Source of the DNA: a virus
Taxonomy: Duplodnaviria; Caudoviricetes
Virus record (IMG/VR): IMGVR_UViG_3300027749_000146
Coordinates: 1-52,433 of that record
Length of the DNA stretch: 52,433 bases
Strand: one strand, 5' to 3'
Within the stretch, counting starts at the first letter, position 1. Every line of letters starts with the position of its first letter. Shown piece by piece: positions 29,874-41,800 of the stretch. The position numbers and the translations under genes are program-made. Under the pieces are notes generated by a model, which saw only the letters and a program-made list of their open reading frames with translations, did no database searches and had not been told where the DNA came from.

Positions 29874-30569
29874 TTATCGTTTGAATTCGTTATCGTAACT
29901 ATCCCCTCCTCCAGGTTGAAATGAGTTTTTAATATCACTTACATTAATATCCTTAACTTGGTCTGCGGTTAAAACATATTCATTTTTTCCCGTCTTTTCC
30001 ATCTCATCTTTCTTATCATCAAAGAAATCCGATAACTTTTGATTAAAAGGATAAGAATCATATGTTCTTAATTCCAACTTCTCTTCAGGTGTTTTTTCCC
30101 TGTATTTCTCTATCTTAGTTTCAAGAGCATTAAGTTTTCCCATAATCTTATCCATCTCACCTAATTTGGATTCCAAATTTGAAAGTTGTGAGAATAAGTT
30201 ACTAAAATACTCCTCTTGTTTAGATTCTGCATTTTTTTGAGAATTAACTAAATCAGTAATATCCAATTCTTCACTTCCTTCATCTGTATTTTTCTCTTCA
30301 CTATCACCTTTGTCGTCAATCTTTTCAACATCAGGATCTGCATTAACATCTACTTTTTCAGATGTTGCTGCATCAGGTGCTGGTGGTGCTTCAGCTGCAG
30401 ATGGTGGTGGAGGCGGTACTCCAGCTCCTTCGGCTCCCGCCTCGGGGGCTAATGGACCTAAATCATCAATACCATCAATTGCTCCTGGAATTGCGGCTTG
30501 TTCTACAATATATTTGTCAATATTTCTATATCGTTGGATTTCACCTAATATTTTTTCGTCTATCTTCAT
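29874..30569 (-). CDS. Acidic hypothetical protein with a Pro/Ala linker and coiled coil
   Basis: GVPPPPPSAAEAPPAP linker; heptad stretch LSNLESKLGEMDKIMGKLNALETKI. Confidence 0.7.
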   Translation of the reverse strand: MKIDEKILGEIQRYRNIDKYIVEQAAIPGAIDGIDDLGPLAPEAGAEGAGVPPPPPSAAEAPPAPDAATSEKVDVNADPDVEKIDDKGDSEEKNTDEGSEELDITDLVNSQKNAESKQEEYFSNLFSQLSNLESKLGEMDKIMGKLNALETKIEKYREKTPEEKLELRTYDSYPFNQKLSDFFDDKKDEMEKTGKNEYVLTADQVKDINVSDIKNSFQPGGGDSYDNEFKR

Positions 30570-30573
30570 TTTA

Positions 30574-30798
30574 TTATCCGTTTAAAAGTTGTTTTATTCC
30601 TTTTGCTGTTTCCACTCTAACTCTACGGTTAGCGGTAATTTGATGTCCGGCTCTTTCGATAAGACCATCTCTAACTCTCACAGTATAACAGTCTCCAGTA
30701 TCCAAGTCACAAACTTGTTTTGTACCGTCCCCGTTATCTTCTTCAGAATATCTTACAGATTTTCCAAGGTAATTGTCTAATGTTGATTTTAAATTCAT
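30574..30798 (-). CDS. Hypothetical protein (74 aa)
   Basis: Fills the gap, has an upstream TATTTATA motif and a VCDLDTGDC motif. Confidence 0.65.
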   Translation of the reverse strand: MNLKSTLDNYLGKSVRYSEEDNGDGTKQVCDLDTGDCYTVRVRDGLIERAGHQITANRRVRVETAKGIKQLLNG

Positions 30799-30829
30799 AA
30801 AAATCTTTTCTTATAAATATGTTGTTATG

Positions 30830-33800
30830 TTATAAAGTGAAAGGTTCACTATAAACCGTTTCCAATTTAACCTCATTACCACCTACCGCATTCGGTCCGT
30901 ATGGATAATATTGAATCTTCAATTTAAATACCCCAAGACCATTTACGGATATTTTATTTGTGTATTTTGTATCTGTAGTATTTTTTGATGTAAATGTTGT
31001 CTCGACATTATTCTCATCTAACACTGTTATTGGTTGAACTCCCCATTCTGGATTATACCCATCCACAAAAAGTTGATATGTTATAAAATTACCATCAGGT
31101 TTTTGGATATTATAGTATTGTGGGCCACTTCCTACCAATGAAACTGAATCGGTCCGTCCATTATCAGGATTAATTTTTGTAATTGATACTTGTCTTATTG
31201 GTTGAGTTACTTTTGCTGAAATGGTATCACTTGTAATATTTCCTAAACCATTTTCATCAAAAATTAAATTGAATGGGAATGACCTTGTTGTATCCTGAGA
31301 ATACCTTTCAGGGTCAAGAGGCGTTGCTAAAATTTCAATCATAATATAAACTTTACCATTAACATATTCTTCAGATCCCAAGTCAAGTTCATAAATCATT
31401 TGATCAGATGTTATTGAGAATTCTTGCTTGTCAACTGACACATACCCAACAAGATATTTACCATCACTAGACGAATTCCCTAACTCTTCTATTAACACCC
31501 CATTTGGTCCCATAACCTTTTTTACAGTAAAAAACCTAAGTAATGGATTAGAATCAATAATCCAACCACCTGCGTCAGGATTAAATCCAACAGTTAAACT
31601 AGTCGCAGACCCAATAGAATTCTTAGTACTATTAGTCACAACTAACACTTGTGGCCCAGTATTTTGAGGATTAGTATCTATGGTATTCAAATTTGTTGTA
31701 GTTGTTGGTACCGCACTTGTTGTTGTTTTCGTTAAATCACCAGGTGAAGATGCCGCTGCAGGATTTAATGCCGGATCATAAACAAAATCAGATATTGACG
31801 AGAATGATCCATTAGGGGTTGTAACAACAATTTTTCCCACTTTCTTTAATTTTCCCGTACCGACCTGAGGAATAACAAATCTTAAAGTATTATCATCAAT
31901 AATAGTAATATCTTTATATGGAACAATCGTATCAATAACACTAATTGATTTTACCGTCTCTAAGTTCCTTCCATTTATCTGTCCTATTGTCCCTGTATTT
32001 CCCACAGTCGGAGAGAATGAAGAAATAACTGGTGGAGGACAAGTTTTTCCAGGTAGTGGTGGAATTACTGTTGGAGTGGGTGTTACTCCAGGAGATTTTC
32101 CCTTACTTTGAGTTTTCTTATTTGCTGCGTCTGCGGCTATTAGTTCTTCTGTTGTTAAAATTTTCACATCTCTAGCCGAACTAAGTGCTTGTTTTAAGGT
32201 ATTTCTAACCTCAGCATAACTTGAAAGGTGAGAGTCATAATAATCAGGGTCAACATTGTCTTTTGACCAATAACAAACATAAAACTTATCTAGCCCTATA
32301 TCATTTATTTGTCCAACTCTATCTCTTAATCTATCCGCCATAAAATTAATATAGGTATCCAAGTCTTTAAAATTCGCCATCGGAAGTGATGCCGATTTCG
32401 ACGCAGTTGTTTTAACATTAACACAAGAATATGTCCTTAAGAAATATTTAATCTGATTATTCCAATTTTCCTTTAACGAAATTAATCCAAAATTATTACT
32501 CCACCCATTAAAAACACCTGTCTTACTTGAAGAACTTGTTTGGAACGATAAAACATACGAAATACGATAAATAATACTTTGTAAATCAGGATTATTACCT
32601 AACACTCTAGTTAACGCTTGAGCAAATTGTTGTGGAGTGGCGGTTGTTAACACTGTCGTAATATCTTCATAGTTAGCGTATACTGCGGCATCCAGATTCG
32701 CCTTACAACTATTGGTGGTATCTGGACTATTGTTCGCCTTTTGAACTAATGCATCTGTTTTAGCGTTATTAGTAGTTGCCGTAACCGTAAAGGTATTCTT
32801 TTTAATTTTTAATAGTCCCTCAAGTTCCGTTAATAAGTTTTGATTCATACTTTGTAAGAAACTATCAATTGCCGGTAAATCAAATATGCCTTGTCGTATA
32901 CCATTAAAAGTTGTTGTGAAGTTACCTGCCTGAATATGATGCGTGACATCTTGTATAAGATATGGGCCATTAAACATTGGAACATGTCTTAAATTAAAAT
33001 ACATTGTTGGCTGAATTAAAGCGTTGCCAAGACCAATAACACTACACTTATAACTTCTTTGTTTATATAGATTATATAAACCAACATTCTGTGTTGAAGT
33101 GTTTTTTCCTGTTGCTTGGTCAACCATATTAATTTGAGTATTAATAGATTCCGAAGTAGCAGTACCATTATCTTGAGAAACAGAAAACGATTGAAAGACA
33201 TTTTGATTTCTAATACCAATATCAACATTAAACCCGACACACTTATTTGAAACCGCCCAATCTTTTTTACCCTGTTGATCCTCAATTAACGGATTTTCTG
33301 ATGACCTAACTAAGTCAAACGCATCATCCCTAAATCTTGAATTTGCATGTGGTAATTGTAGATATTGTGATGGCTTTCCAGCATAAAAACAAACAATTTT
33401 TGGTCCTGATTTTCGATAGTCAACATCCAAGAAAGTGCCCCATAAACTATTAGCAAACTCTAATGAACCTTCAGATGGTGGAGTCACTGTTCCTGAAACA
33501 TCTTGTACATTATAAAAATTAACATATGCTGGTAAATTCATAATGTTGAAATTGTTTTTAATTAAAATTCCACTTATGAATGTGAATACACTCATTGCCA
33601 TATTCAAAGATTTCTCATTGAACATATCTTTTAATGAAAAAATATCTATAAGAAGTGTGTCCCCAATATTTCTCGATGCTCGATCCAAGAATAATATATC
33701 TTCAAATAATGTCTTTGTTTTATAATCAGTTCCAGCAATCCATTTATCATTTAGAGCTTTAAACACCTCATAATTTTCAACTTTACTTTGTTCACCTGTT

Positions 33801-36800
33801 ATCACACTTTTAACCGCTCTTTCAGGTAATTGTTGTTGATCGGGTAAAGCCCTTCTTACCGCCGTTAAAATTTGATCCAAGATATTATTTTGTAGTGTTG
33901 TTTCATCTGACAAATAAGAAGATATCTGATTTTGAAACTGAGCAACAGATTGTCTTGGATCTTTTAACTTTTGGGTTGCATACATTTTAATAATTGGCGC
34001 CAATAGTGTAACATTCTGTGATGTAAATTCAATATTATTATCAACAAAAAAGTCTGTAATGTATGACCCGTTTGAACTATATCTCACTCCATTGATTGTC
34101 GAGAACCCTACCTCCAATTCAAGAGCAACCCAAGCATCAGGATTTTGTAATTTAGAATTTGTTAATGACACGGTACCACCAGCGGTAGGAAGTGTATTAA
34201 CAACATATGGTTTAAAACTAATCGGATCAACAACTTTTTGAGAATTATTATATGATAGATACGAGTCAAATATTCTTCTCTTATAGTTTGATGGATTACC
34301 ATACTTAAGCACAACATCAGAATTTAAGAAAGAATGTATACCAGAAACAAAATTAGTATATTGGGTATCAACTATTGAACTAAAATATTGTTCCTCATTA
34401 ATACTTTTTGATTGATAGGGAACTGTCATTATTGACCGATAAAAAGATTGGAAATTTTTAAAGGTATAAAATCCCCCATCGGCGTAATCTCCAATAGGAA
34501 TATATTGTTCTCCAGTACTTAAATTTGTTACTGGTTTACACCAATTTAAAAATTCCTCCTCAAATGAATTTAAAATACTTTTATCAAAAACAGAGAAAAT
34601 CTCTTCAATTTTAGAGTAATTATCTTCAGTCAGTAAGGTAAATGGTGATTGTGTATCATCAGTATTAATTTTACACAGATACGAATCAGGTTGTGGATAC
34701 GCAATTTGATTGCTATCAAAATACCCATAGTTAGACGCAGACCATAATGACCTAACAGACCCATTATAAACCGAAGGATTAAATGTTAAATCAACGGTTG
34801 TTGATGGTATAGTAGTTTGATTACTAATACATTCATCATTTGTTTGATTTAATTTAGTACCAAAAGAAGGTATAACATAATAATTAACAGATGCTGTATT
34901 ATTTACTGGATCACAATCTGAACAATCAATCATATCACTACTAGGAAGTAATATAGACCAAGTATTTAATCTTAAATTTTTATCACCTTGTTTTGCATTT
35001 ACAATATTAGATGTTGGAAAGTTATACATCTTAAGTCCGCAATTAACTGATTTTTGAATTTCTTCACTACTATAGTCTGTATACAAAGTATACCCGTTTA
35101 AGAAAACATTATAATCATTAATCAATTTAGGATAAAATCCAACTTGCATATTAACATCTGTTGGTGTTTCTGTTTGAAGAGTAACGTCTCGTTTAATTCC
35201 TGAATAACTAAAGCTATAAGTTTGTGTAACCGAACTTAAAGTTGGGCTATAGTTTGTAACATAATCAAAGTTTTTCCATGCACTAGCTAAAATATCAACT
35301 TTAGATTCTTTAAATTTTTTGTACCTGTGCCATATTGACCCATATTTTAATACCCAAGCATATGGTACTTTATGTATTGCACCAAACTTTTTAAAACAAG
35401 ATGCAATATAATCTAAAGTTATCGTTTCTTTTCCATCCGCACTCAAACTCTTATACCTTTCTCTTAAGGTTGCCAAAGGTAATGAGTTCAAGAATAGATA
35501 CGCTGCCTGCACATAAGGATATGTGTCGTTATTTTTAAAATTCTCAACCCCATTCTGTACCGCATTAATAAAATATGGAGTATTCAACATTGATGTTGTG
35601 GTACTATATGGAAAATCCTTTAGTGGTGCCGGCGCTTTAGAATTACAAGTACCTTCAGTTGCAACAAAATCATTAATTTTTCTTGTTTTATAAAACGCGT
35701 TTAATCCTAACTGAGCATAAACTAACGGATTTTGATCTAACAAATATGAAAAGTTTGTAACTGGTCTATTAACAGTAAAATTATTAATATCCGTAAAATT
35801 AGCAATAATCCTTTTAGGTGGAAAGATTGTTAAAGTTTTTTTAACATTATACACTTCATTACCTATCGATTGAGTACTTGATCCTAAATTATCTAAACAC
35901 CAAATAGCATCCGTATATGGTAAAGTATCAACAATTAAAGGAGTATTAGACGCCTTTGCGATTAAATTTTCTAATGCTGTTGAGTGTGCCGAGATTTGTG
36001 GAATTTTCCCTAAATTCAATGTATCTAAAATACTGAAAGAATTTTCAGTTATTTCTTTAATATAAGGTGTGACAAAAAAGTCTCTTTGGTAATCTTGATA
36101 TGATCTACCTGTGCCATCATTAGAAATCAAATATAGTAATGATGGATAGTTTTTTGCGGTGAAGTCATAATATTTTAACTTTGCCGTAAGATATGGTGAA
36201 CTAGCCCCCAAACTAGTTACAATATTACTTGTTTCAGTTTGAATATTAAGTGTTATTAGGTCATTAATTTGACTTTGATTTGCCCTGATTAATCCCGAAT
36301 AATGAGAAGTTAAAAATTGTCTTTCCCATATTTCATAAAAAAACTTAACTTCTTCCTTATTAATATAGGCAAGTCCTAATGATGGAAACTCAATTGCATT
36401 TATATTAATTATATTTGTATCTCTATCATTTTCTAATGGTGGTGGAGCAATTGGTGGACTAAACTTTTGTGTTAATCCCTTCATATATTCTTCAACAAAT
36501 TCAACCTCAGGCCATTTTTCAAATAAATACCCTTGAGTAAAATCAACAACAGACGGGTCTGCAAGATATTTTAATTCAAACGACCTCCCTTTTTTTGCAT
36601 TATTTGTTTCAACAAAAAACTGTGGCCATGGATAAACAGGAATTTTAGCAGTAACCAATCCTTGATTATCCGCTTGTGCAGATAACGATATTGATAAATT
36701 TTGTTTAGTATCCGATCCTGGCGCAGATGATGGATTATCTAAAATGGCAAATTGTCTTACGGGATCATATTTTACATTCCAAGCGTTTGTATGTACATCA

Positions 36801-38557
36801 TCCATTAATCGGATAAACGCTTCCGCCGATGCCATAATAACGGCAATCATATTTCTAACGGTAGGTTTAAATCCAATCCCAATTGATTTATCCTCAATTT
36901 TTCTTAATAGTTCAGCAGAAATCTTTGTCTCATACTCAGATAATTTTTTAGTTGCCTGAGTATCTAACGACTCAATTTGCCAATCAAATTTTCCATTACC
37001 CTCAAATACAAAAAAATCAGATTTTACATTTGTATAACTTTTTTTTGTATCTATCTGATTTTGATTTACTATTGGTAAAAAAATATAACTAAATCGACTT
37101 ATTATTGTTTGTACTTGTTCTGAAGACGGATTAGGATTACCCGTTAATTGTCTTGTCGTTTCAACCCAATCAATCTGAGAAGTAGATAACGATGACAATG
37201 CTATCATCTCATATTTTATTGGATTTGGAATTGGTGTGGGGCCTGCCAATCCAACTGTTGGATTACCCGCTAGTCCATCATTATATTCTTTAATGTTTGC
37301 CTTTAATAAAGCAATCGCAGGATCGTTTATAGTCCGATCAGCGACTTTAAATCCATAAACTTTAATTTTATTTCCTCCTACCAAAATTATTGGTGTTGGA
37401 TTTAAGTAAGTGTTAAACCATGATGTTGTTGCTCCACGAATAGTTGCAAAATATTTTTGTAATACTTCCCGATAATTTCTTATGTTTGTTAACGATTCAA
37501 CCTCACTTTTAGGAAATGAATTTGAAATTGTTGTCTCGAAAGTTTCTAACTTGTTCATTAATTGAACTAGTGTTAATTCAGGTAAATCAAGAGGTATTAA
37601 TCCCTTCGCCTTATATTCACTATAAACTTCAATAATTTTTTCATATCCCTTTTCTGATGTTATTTGTGTTACCGTTTCATTTGGGCTATTTGAGGCTTGT
37701 CCCGCAATTTTATTTGCAGTATTTGACGACGAAACCGCCGCCTTATTTGATGTTTGAAGTGACTCAGTTGTGGTCGCAACAGTAAACTTCTTTCCATACA
37801 TGTGAGGTGTCGCAACCAAATGTCCTAAAGCGATCTCATTTAGAATATTAAACTTATATCCTTTAAATGTTAGTGAAACTTGATAGTTCCCACTAAATGA
37901 ATTAAATCTAGCATGAAATTTCTCTAAATTTAATTGATATCTTACTGCCTGTCCAACATATCCTTTTAAGGTTAAATAAAATTGTGGATATGGAAGATTA
38001 AAAAACGCAGAATATGGTGAAGCATCACCTAATTGAAATAATGCCCTTCCTTGTATATCTTCAAGTTCTATTGTAACTGTTGGAACAAAGGAAGTATTGG
38101 TTGTTATATTAATCTGGGTTATTCCTAAAAATCCATTGTCAAGTATGTCGGTTGGATTAAGTACACCAATAACATTATATGGTTTTGACCCATCTTTTGG
38201 TATAATAGTTTTCTCCGACATTTGATTTTGGGCTTTTCCTTCTAAACTACCCTTTCCTGTTAAGGCATCATATCCTGTTGTAAAATAAGTACCTTCTGTC
38301 GGTTTTAGAAAATTAATTTTGGCAACGGAGATGGTTCGAATTCTATCGTTAGGTGCTCCTCCGACCGCTAATTTTGTTCTTGGTAAAACTTCTGCCTCTA
38401 AATTAGCATACATTACCATATTTTCAGTATCAATAAGTCTTTCCCTAATTTTACCAGTCGCGTCAATCGTCTTATTTGGATCAACTAAGATAATATTATT
38501 ATAATCAAATTCTACATAAATGTCTCCGCTTTTGTCTGCCTTGATGTTACCTGCCAT
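30830..38557 (-). CDS. Giant baseplate hub-like protein (gp27/gpD-like elements plus an IPT/TIG domain), 2575 aa
   Basis: N-terminal GITQINITTN-x-SFVPTVTIELEDIQG; CSVIGLGNALIQPTMYFNL...GPYLIQDVTHHI...FTTTFNG (about 32895-33050); PVISSFSPTVGNTGT-x3-INGRNL IPT/TIG; follows the LysM-like gene. Confidence 0.6.
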   Translation of the reverse strand: MAGNIKADKSGDIYVEFDYNNIILVDPNKTIDATGKIRERLIDTENMVMYANLEAEVLPRTKLAVGGAPNDRIRTISVAKINFLKPTEGTYFTTGYDALTGKGSLEGKAQNQMSEKTIIPKDGSKPYNVIGVLNPTDILDNGFLGITQINITTNTSFVPTVTIELEDIQGRALFQLGDASPYSAFFNLPYPQFYLTLKGYVGQAVRYQLNLEKFHARFNSFSGNYQVSLTFKGYKFNILNEIALGHLVATPHMYGKKFTVATTTESLQTSNKAAVSSSNTANKIAGQASNSPNETVTQITSEKGYEKIIEVYSEYKAKGLIPLDLPELTLVQLMNKLETFETTISNSFPKSEVESLTNIRNYREVLQKYFATIRGATTSWFNTYLNPTPIILVGGNKIKVYGFKVADRTINDPAIALLKANIKEYNDGLAGNPTVGLAGPTPIPNPIKYEMIALSSLSTSQIDWVETTRQLTGNPNPSSEQVQTIISRFSYIFLPIVNQNQIDTKKSYTNVKSDFFVFEGNGKFDWQIESLDTQATKKLSEYETKISAELLRKIEDKSIGIGFKPTVRNMIAVIMASAEAFIRLMDDVHTNAWNVKYDPVRQFAILDNPSSAPGSDTKQNLSISLSAQADNQGLVTAKIPVYPWPQFFVETNNAKKGRSFELKYLADPSVVDFTQGYLFEKWPEVEFVEEYMKGLTQKFSPPIAPPPLENDRDTNIININAIEFPSLGLAYINKEEVKFFYEIWERQFLTSHYSGLIRANQSQINDLITLNIQTETSNIVTSLGASSPYLTAKLKYYDFTAKNYPSLLYLISNDGTGRSYQDYQRDFFVTPYIKEITENSFSILDTLNLGKIPQISAHSTALENLIAKASNTPLIVDTLPYTDAIWCLDNLGSSTQSIGNEVYNVKKTLTIFPPKRIIANFTDINNFTVNRPVTNFSYLLDQNPLVYAQLGLNAFYKTRKINDFVATEGTCNSKAPAPLKDFPYSTTTSMLNTPYFINAVQNGVENFKNNDTYPYVQAAYLFLNSLPLATLRERYKSLSADGKETITLDYIASCFKKFGAIHKVPYAWVLKYGSIWHRYKKFKESKVDILASAWKNFDYVTNYSPTLSSVTQTYSFSYSGIKRDVTLQTETPTDVNMQVGFYPKLINDYNVFLNGYTLYTDYSSEEIQKSVNCGLKMYNFPTSNIVNAKQGDKNLRLNTWSILLPSSDMIDCSDCDPVNNTASVNYYVIPSFGTKLNQTNDECISNQTTIPSTTVDLTFNPSVYNGSVRSLWSASNYGYFDSNQIAYPQPDSYLCKINTDDTQSPFTLLTEDNYSKIEEIFSVFDKSILNSFEEEFLNWCKPVTNLSTGEQYIPIGDYADGGFYTFKNFQSFYRSIMTVPYQSKSINEEQYFSSIVDTQYTNFVSGIHSFLNSDVVLKYGNPSNYKRRIFDSYLSYNNSQKVVDPISFKPYVVNTLPTAGGTVSLTNSKLQNPDAWVALELEVGFSTINGVRYSSNGSYITDFFVDNNIEFTSQNVTLLAPIIKMYATQKLKDPRQSVAQFQNQISSYLSDETTLQNNILDQILTAVRRALPDQQQLPERAVKSVITGEQSKVENYEVFKALNDKWIAGTDYKTKTLFEDILFLDRASRNIGDTLLIDIFSLKDMFNEKSLNMAMSVFTFISGILIKNNFNIMNLPAYVNFYNVQDVSGTVTPPSEGSLEFANSLWGTFLDVDYRKSGPKIVCFYAGKPSQYLQLPHANSRFRDDAFDLVRSSENPLIEDQQGKKDWAVSNKCVGFNVDIGIRNQNVFQSFSVSQDNGTATSESINTQINMVDQATGKNTSTQNVGLYNLYKQRSYKCSVIGLGNALIQPTMYFNLRHVPMFNGPYLIQDVTHHIQAGNFTTTFNGIRQGIFDLPAIDSFLQSMNQNLLTELEGLLKIKKNTFTVTATTNNAKTDALVQKANNSPDTTNSCKANLDAAVYANYEDITTVLTTATPQQFAQALTRVLGNNPDLQSIIYRISYVLSFQTSSSSKTGVFNGWSNNFGLISLKENWNNQIKYFLRTYSCVNVKTTASKSASLPMANFKDLDTYINFMADRLRDRVGQINDIGLDKFYVCYWSKDNVDPDYYDSHLSSYAEVRNTLKQALSSARDVKILTTEELIAADAANKKTQSKGKSPGVTPTPTVIPPLPGKTCPPPVISSFSPTVGNTGTIGQINGRNLETVKSISVIDTIVPYKDITIIDDNTLRFVIPQVGTGKLKKVGKIVVTTPNGSFSSISDFVYDPALNPAAASSPGDLTKTTTSAVPTTTTNLNTIDTNPQNTGPQVLVVTNSTKNSIGSATSLTVGFNPDAGGWIIDSNPLLRFFTVKKVMGPNGVLIEELGNSSSDGKYLVGYVSVDKQEFSITSDQMIYELDLGSEEYVNGKVYIMIEILATPLDPERYSQDTTRSFPFNLIFDENGLGNITSDTISAKVTQPIRQVSITKINPDNGRTDSVSLVGSGPQYYNIQKPDGNFITYQLFVDGYNPEWGVQPITVLDENNVETTFTSKNTTDTKYTNKISVNGLGVFKLKIQYYPYGPNAVGGNEVKLETVYSEPFTL

Positions 38558-38870
38558 AATAATAAAAATGATTTTCGATTGCCGCTTTATAGTCTTGAAT
38601 AGAAGGTATCAAAGGAAAAGGGATAATCAAGATAGCACCGTCATAAATATTATTTTCAAGACCACCAAATTGTGGATTTGCCTGTAAAATCAACCAACCA
38701 AAATATGGTGAATCATAATATTCTTGTGATACCTTATCAAGTCTACTCATAGCAACCTTATAAATGTACGCTTTGTCCGTAGTTTTTTGCGCCAATTGGA
38801 CAAAGGGTACAACTGTTTGTTCCCCATTTATTAAAAATTCATTATATCTATTCCAATATTGAGATCCCAT
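38547..38870 (-). CDS. LysM-like baseplate protein (T4 gp53 / P2 gpX-like)
   Basis: RLDKVSQEYYDSPYFGWLILQANP...GAILIIP. Confidence 0.75.
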   Translation of the reverse strand: MGSQYWNRYNEFLINGEQTVVPFVQLAQKTTDKAYIYKVAMSRLDKVSQEYYDSPYFGWLILQANPQFGGLENNIYDGAILIIPFPLIPSIQDYKAAIENHFYYYGR

Positions 38871-41800
38871 TAGTTAAGTTTTGCTTTTGATATAAATGCT
38901 CCTGTGGAATTTCCATTTAAGTCATTCCATGTATTATTATTTGTATTATAATTAGTTGTCGCAGCCAACCCACTTATCATATTTTTTTGTGATGTTTGTT
39001 TCTCAGCAACCGCAGCATTTACTGTAGTATACGTAAGTTCCCTATCTTTATTATCAAACGGAGTATAAATTAAAAAGTTTTTTAATTTGTCTTTCTCTAA
39101 ATTATTAATAAATGATTTTGTTATATCATTTTCCTGAGTAAATATTGGTTTCGCAGTCTTCAACCAATAAGCATCAAATGCCGTTTCAAGATCATCAAAC
39201 CCATTACCAATTATTGCCGTATTCCCAAGTATATTACCAATTATCGCAGTTTTAAATGTTTGATATTTTTTATCGTCTAAAATATCATCCGACATAATCA
39301 TATATGATCTTCTGAAACTAAATGATGTAAACTCTGTATTTCTACTAAATGGTGTAAACACTTCTTCAACTGTTATCTCTTTTGAAATTCCATCCTGTCC
39401 CGTTTCAAAAACCATAACCCCTGTATAATCTGGTTTAACACCAGGAACACTAAAGGAAGATTTAGACCAAATTATATCATTAAATACATTAATATCAGTT
39501 TGGACTTTAAGAATATCATTTTTTAATTCTGTTAATGTATCTGTCGCAGTTCCAGGGTTTACACTAACCTTAGTAGTACCCTTAGTTACAAAGACCCTAA
39601 CAGGACCTGATTTTGCCTGAAATCCATCAGTTCCCGTATTTGTTGCCCCATCAAATGAAATTATATTAACCCTTGATAATGTCTGTATATAACTCTGTTC
39701 TATATTGACTAGATCTTGAGTAATTTTAGTTATAGCATTTTGATATGCACTTCTTTTATTTTTAACAAAATTAGAATAATTATCTTTAACCGTACTTATT
39801 AATCTTGGAGAAAAATTCTTTTGTGGTGTTGAAATGAATTTAATAAATTCATCGGTAGATGATTGGATATCTGTCTGATATTTCACAAAAATTTGGTCAA
39901 TTCTCTTATCAACATTATTTGGTTTTCCAAATAAAACAACGGGATCAAGAGTAACACCAACATTAAAGTTTCCTTGTGTGTAAGATCTTTCTAACATCCA
40001 TTGTTGACGAAGAGCATTATTATATTGACTTACAACTTCTTTAGGTTTATTAATCACATTTGTGAAATATGTCTGAGTATCTGTAACAAATTTTTGCATA
40101 AACTCACGATAATTAATCGTTCCTGTCTCATCAGTCGCAGTAACTATTGTATTACTTAATAAACCAATAGTATTATTATTATTTTGTCCTGTATTTGTCA
40201 TAGTATTATTACCACCAGGAACTGGTGGAGGAGATGCCAACGATAAGAAATAACTATCAAGTGTTTTTAAATTTTCTTCTTGTGATGTGGCGTCCGACCT
40301 TTCATCATAAATTTCAGTATTGGCATAATAATTAAATGTTAATGCATTCTGTAATTTATCAACAGATTCTTTTAACCCACTTCCGCCAACAAAATGGAAT
40401 GCCATCGTAACATTGGCAATCATTGGTTGAACACCAATACCCTCAGGGTTAAGGTCTAATTCCTCATATGTGAAATTTAAAGATGTCGGAATAATTTTGG
40501 TATTATAAAAATCCCCAATTCTCAAGATAAGAACTGGTGGTGTTCCAAATGATGTATTTGTCGCATTATTATATTGTAAGACAGGAGAACCACCAATATC
40601 TTTAACTGTTGGAATAGTATCTCCAGGTCTCATACATTGTTGTAAAAATGTAAGTCTTGAATTTAACCCTTCTGGCGTTGTTGAATGGAATGCCGGCTGA
40701 AAGAACTTTAATTTATCTCTTAAATTATCATACACCATTGGTGTGGTCTCTTTAATTGACTCAAAATAATCACATTCAGATAAAAGTAATCTAACAATCC
40801 TTTTGGTGATATTATCTCTCTTTCGGTATTCTTGGGTTATTTCTTCAGTTTTAACTGTGTGAGTCACAACATTCTGAACTTTAACTTCCACCTTATTTGG
40901 TGGAACCTCACTTGGAGGGGCATTTAACGATGAATTAATTGACTTGATAAATGCTCTTCTACATGCCATTGCCCCGTATGTGTATATTTCTTTCGCCCCT
41001 ACCATAATATCACCACCCTTAACATTTGGATCTTGATCAGTACAATTAACAATTCCTTTAGGCGATAAAACTAATGTATTAGTTTTATCTGTCGTAGCCA
41101 TAGGTTGAGATGTTGTGGATTCCCCTAATGCCTTCGTTGTCGTAAAACTTATTCTTTTGTTCGTAACAAATTGTTTAGTTGACTCATTTTGAGTAAAAAA
41201 TTCAATTAAAGAATCAATTCTCCTTTGGGATAAATCTACATTATACGATAAAGATGCCGGAGCCGAGGCACTCGCATCAATTTCTATTGTAATATTTCCT
41301 GTATATTGTTTTAATTGAGTTGCCAAATCAGTCGCCAACGCAGATATAACATTATAATTCGGAGTTACAACTGAATCAAAAAATTCATCTGTTGATCCAG
41401 GACTTGGTGTCTTATCCGCATATAAAGATTTTTGTCCAGTATATTCAGTATATAATGAAGTATAATCTATTGATCCTCCTTTTTTGGGATAATCATTATT
41501 AAAATACAATCCTGTATTCACATATTTGTTAAAATAATCTTTAGAATTACCCCCCCCACCAACTTGAGCAACAGGTTGATTTTCTTTACTAGTAGTTTTA
41601 TCTCCTGTCTGAATTGTCTGTTTTGCAACATCAATTTGTTCCAAAGTCATATCTTTAGAAGTGATGGCTTGTTGTAATTGATAAAGATCGTCTGGCTTTA
41701 TCATATAATATTTCTTTGCTAGCTCATAAATGTCATACTTTCTACATCCCGCAAAAAATGAATCTAAAATACCATTAATTCTAACCTTATTTGTTTCATT

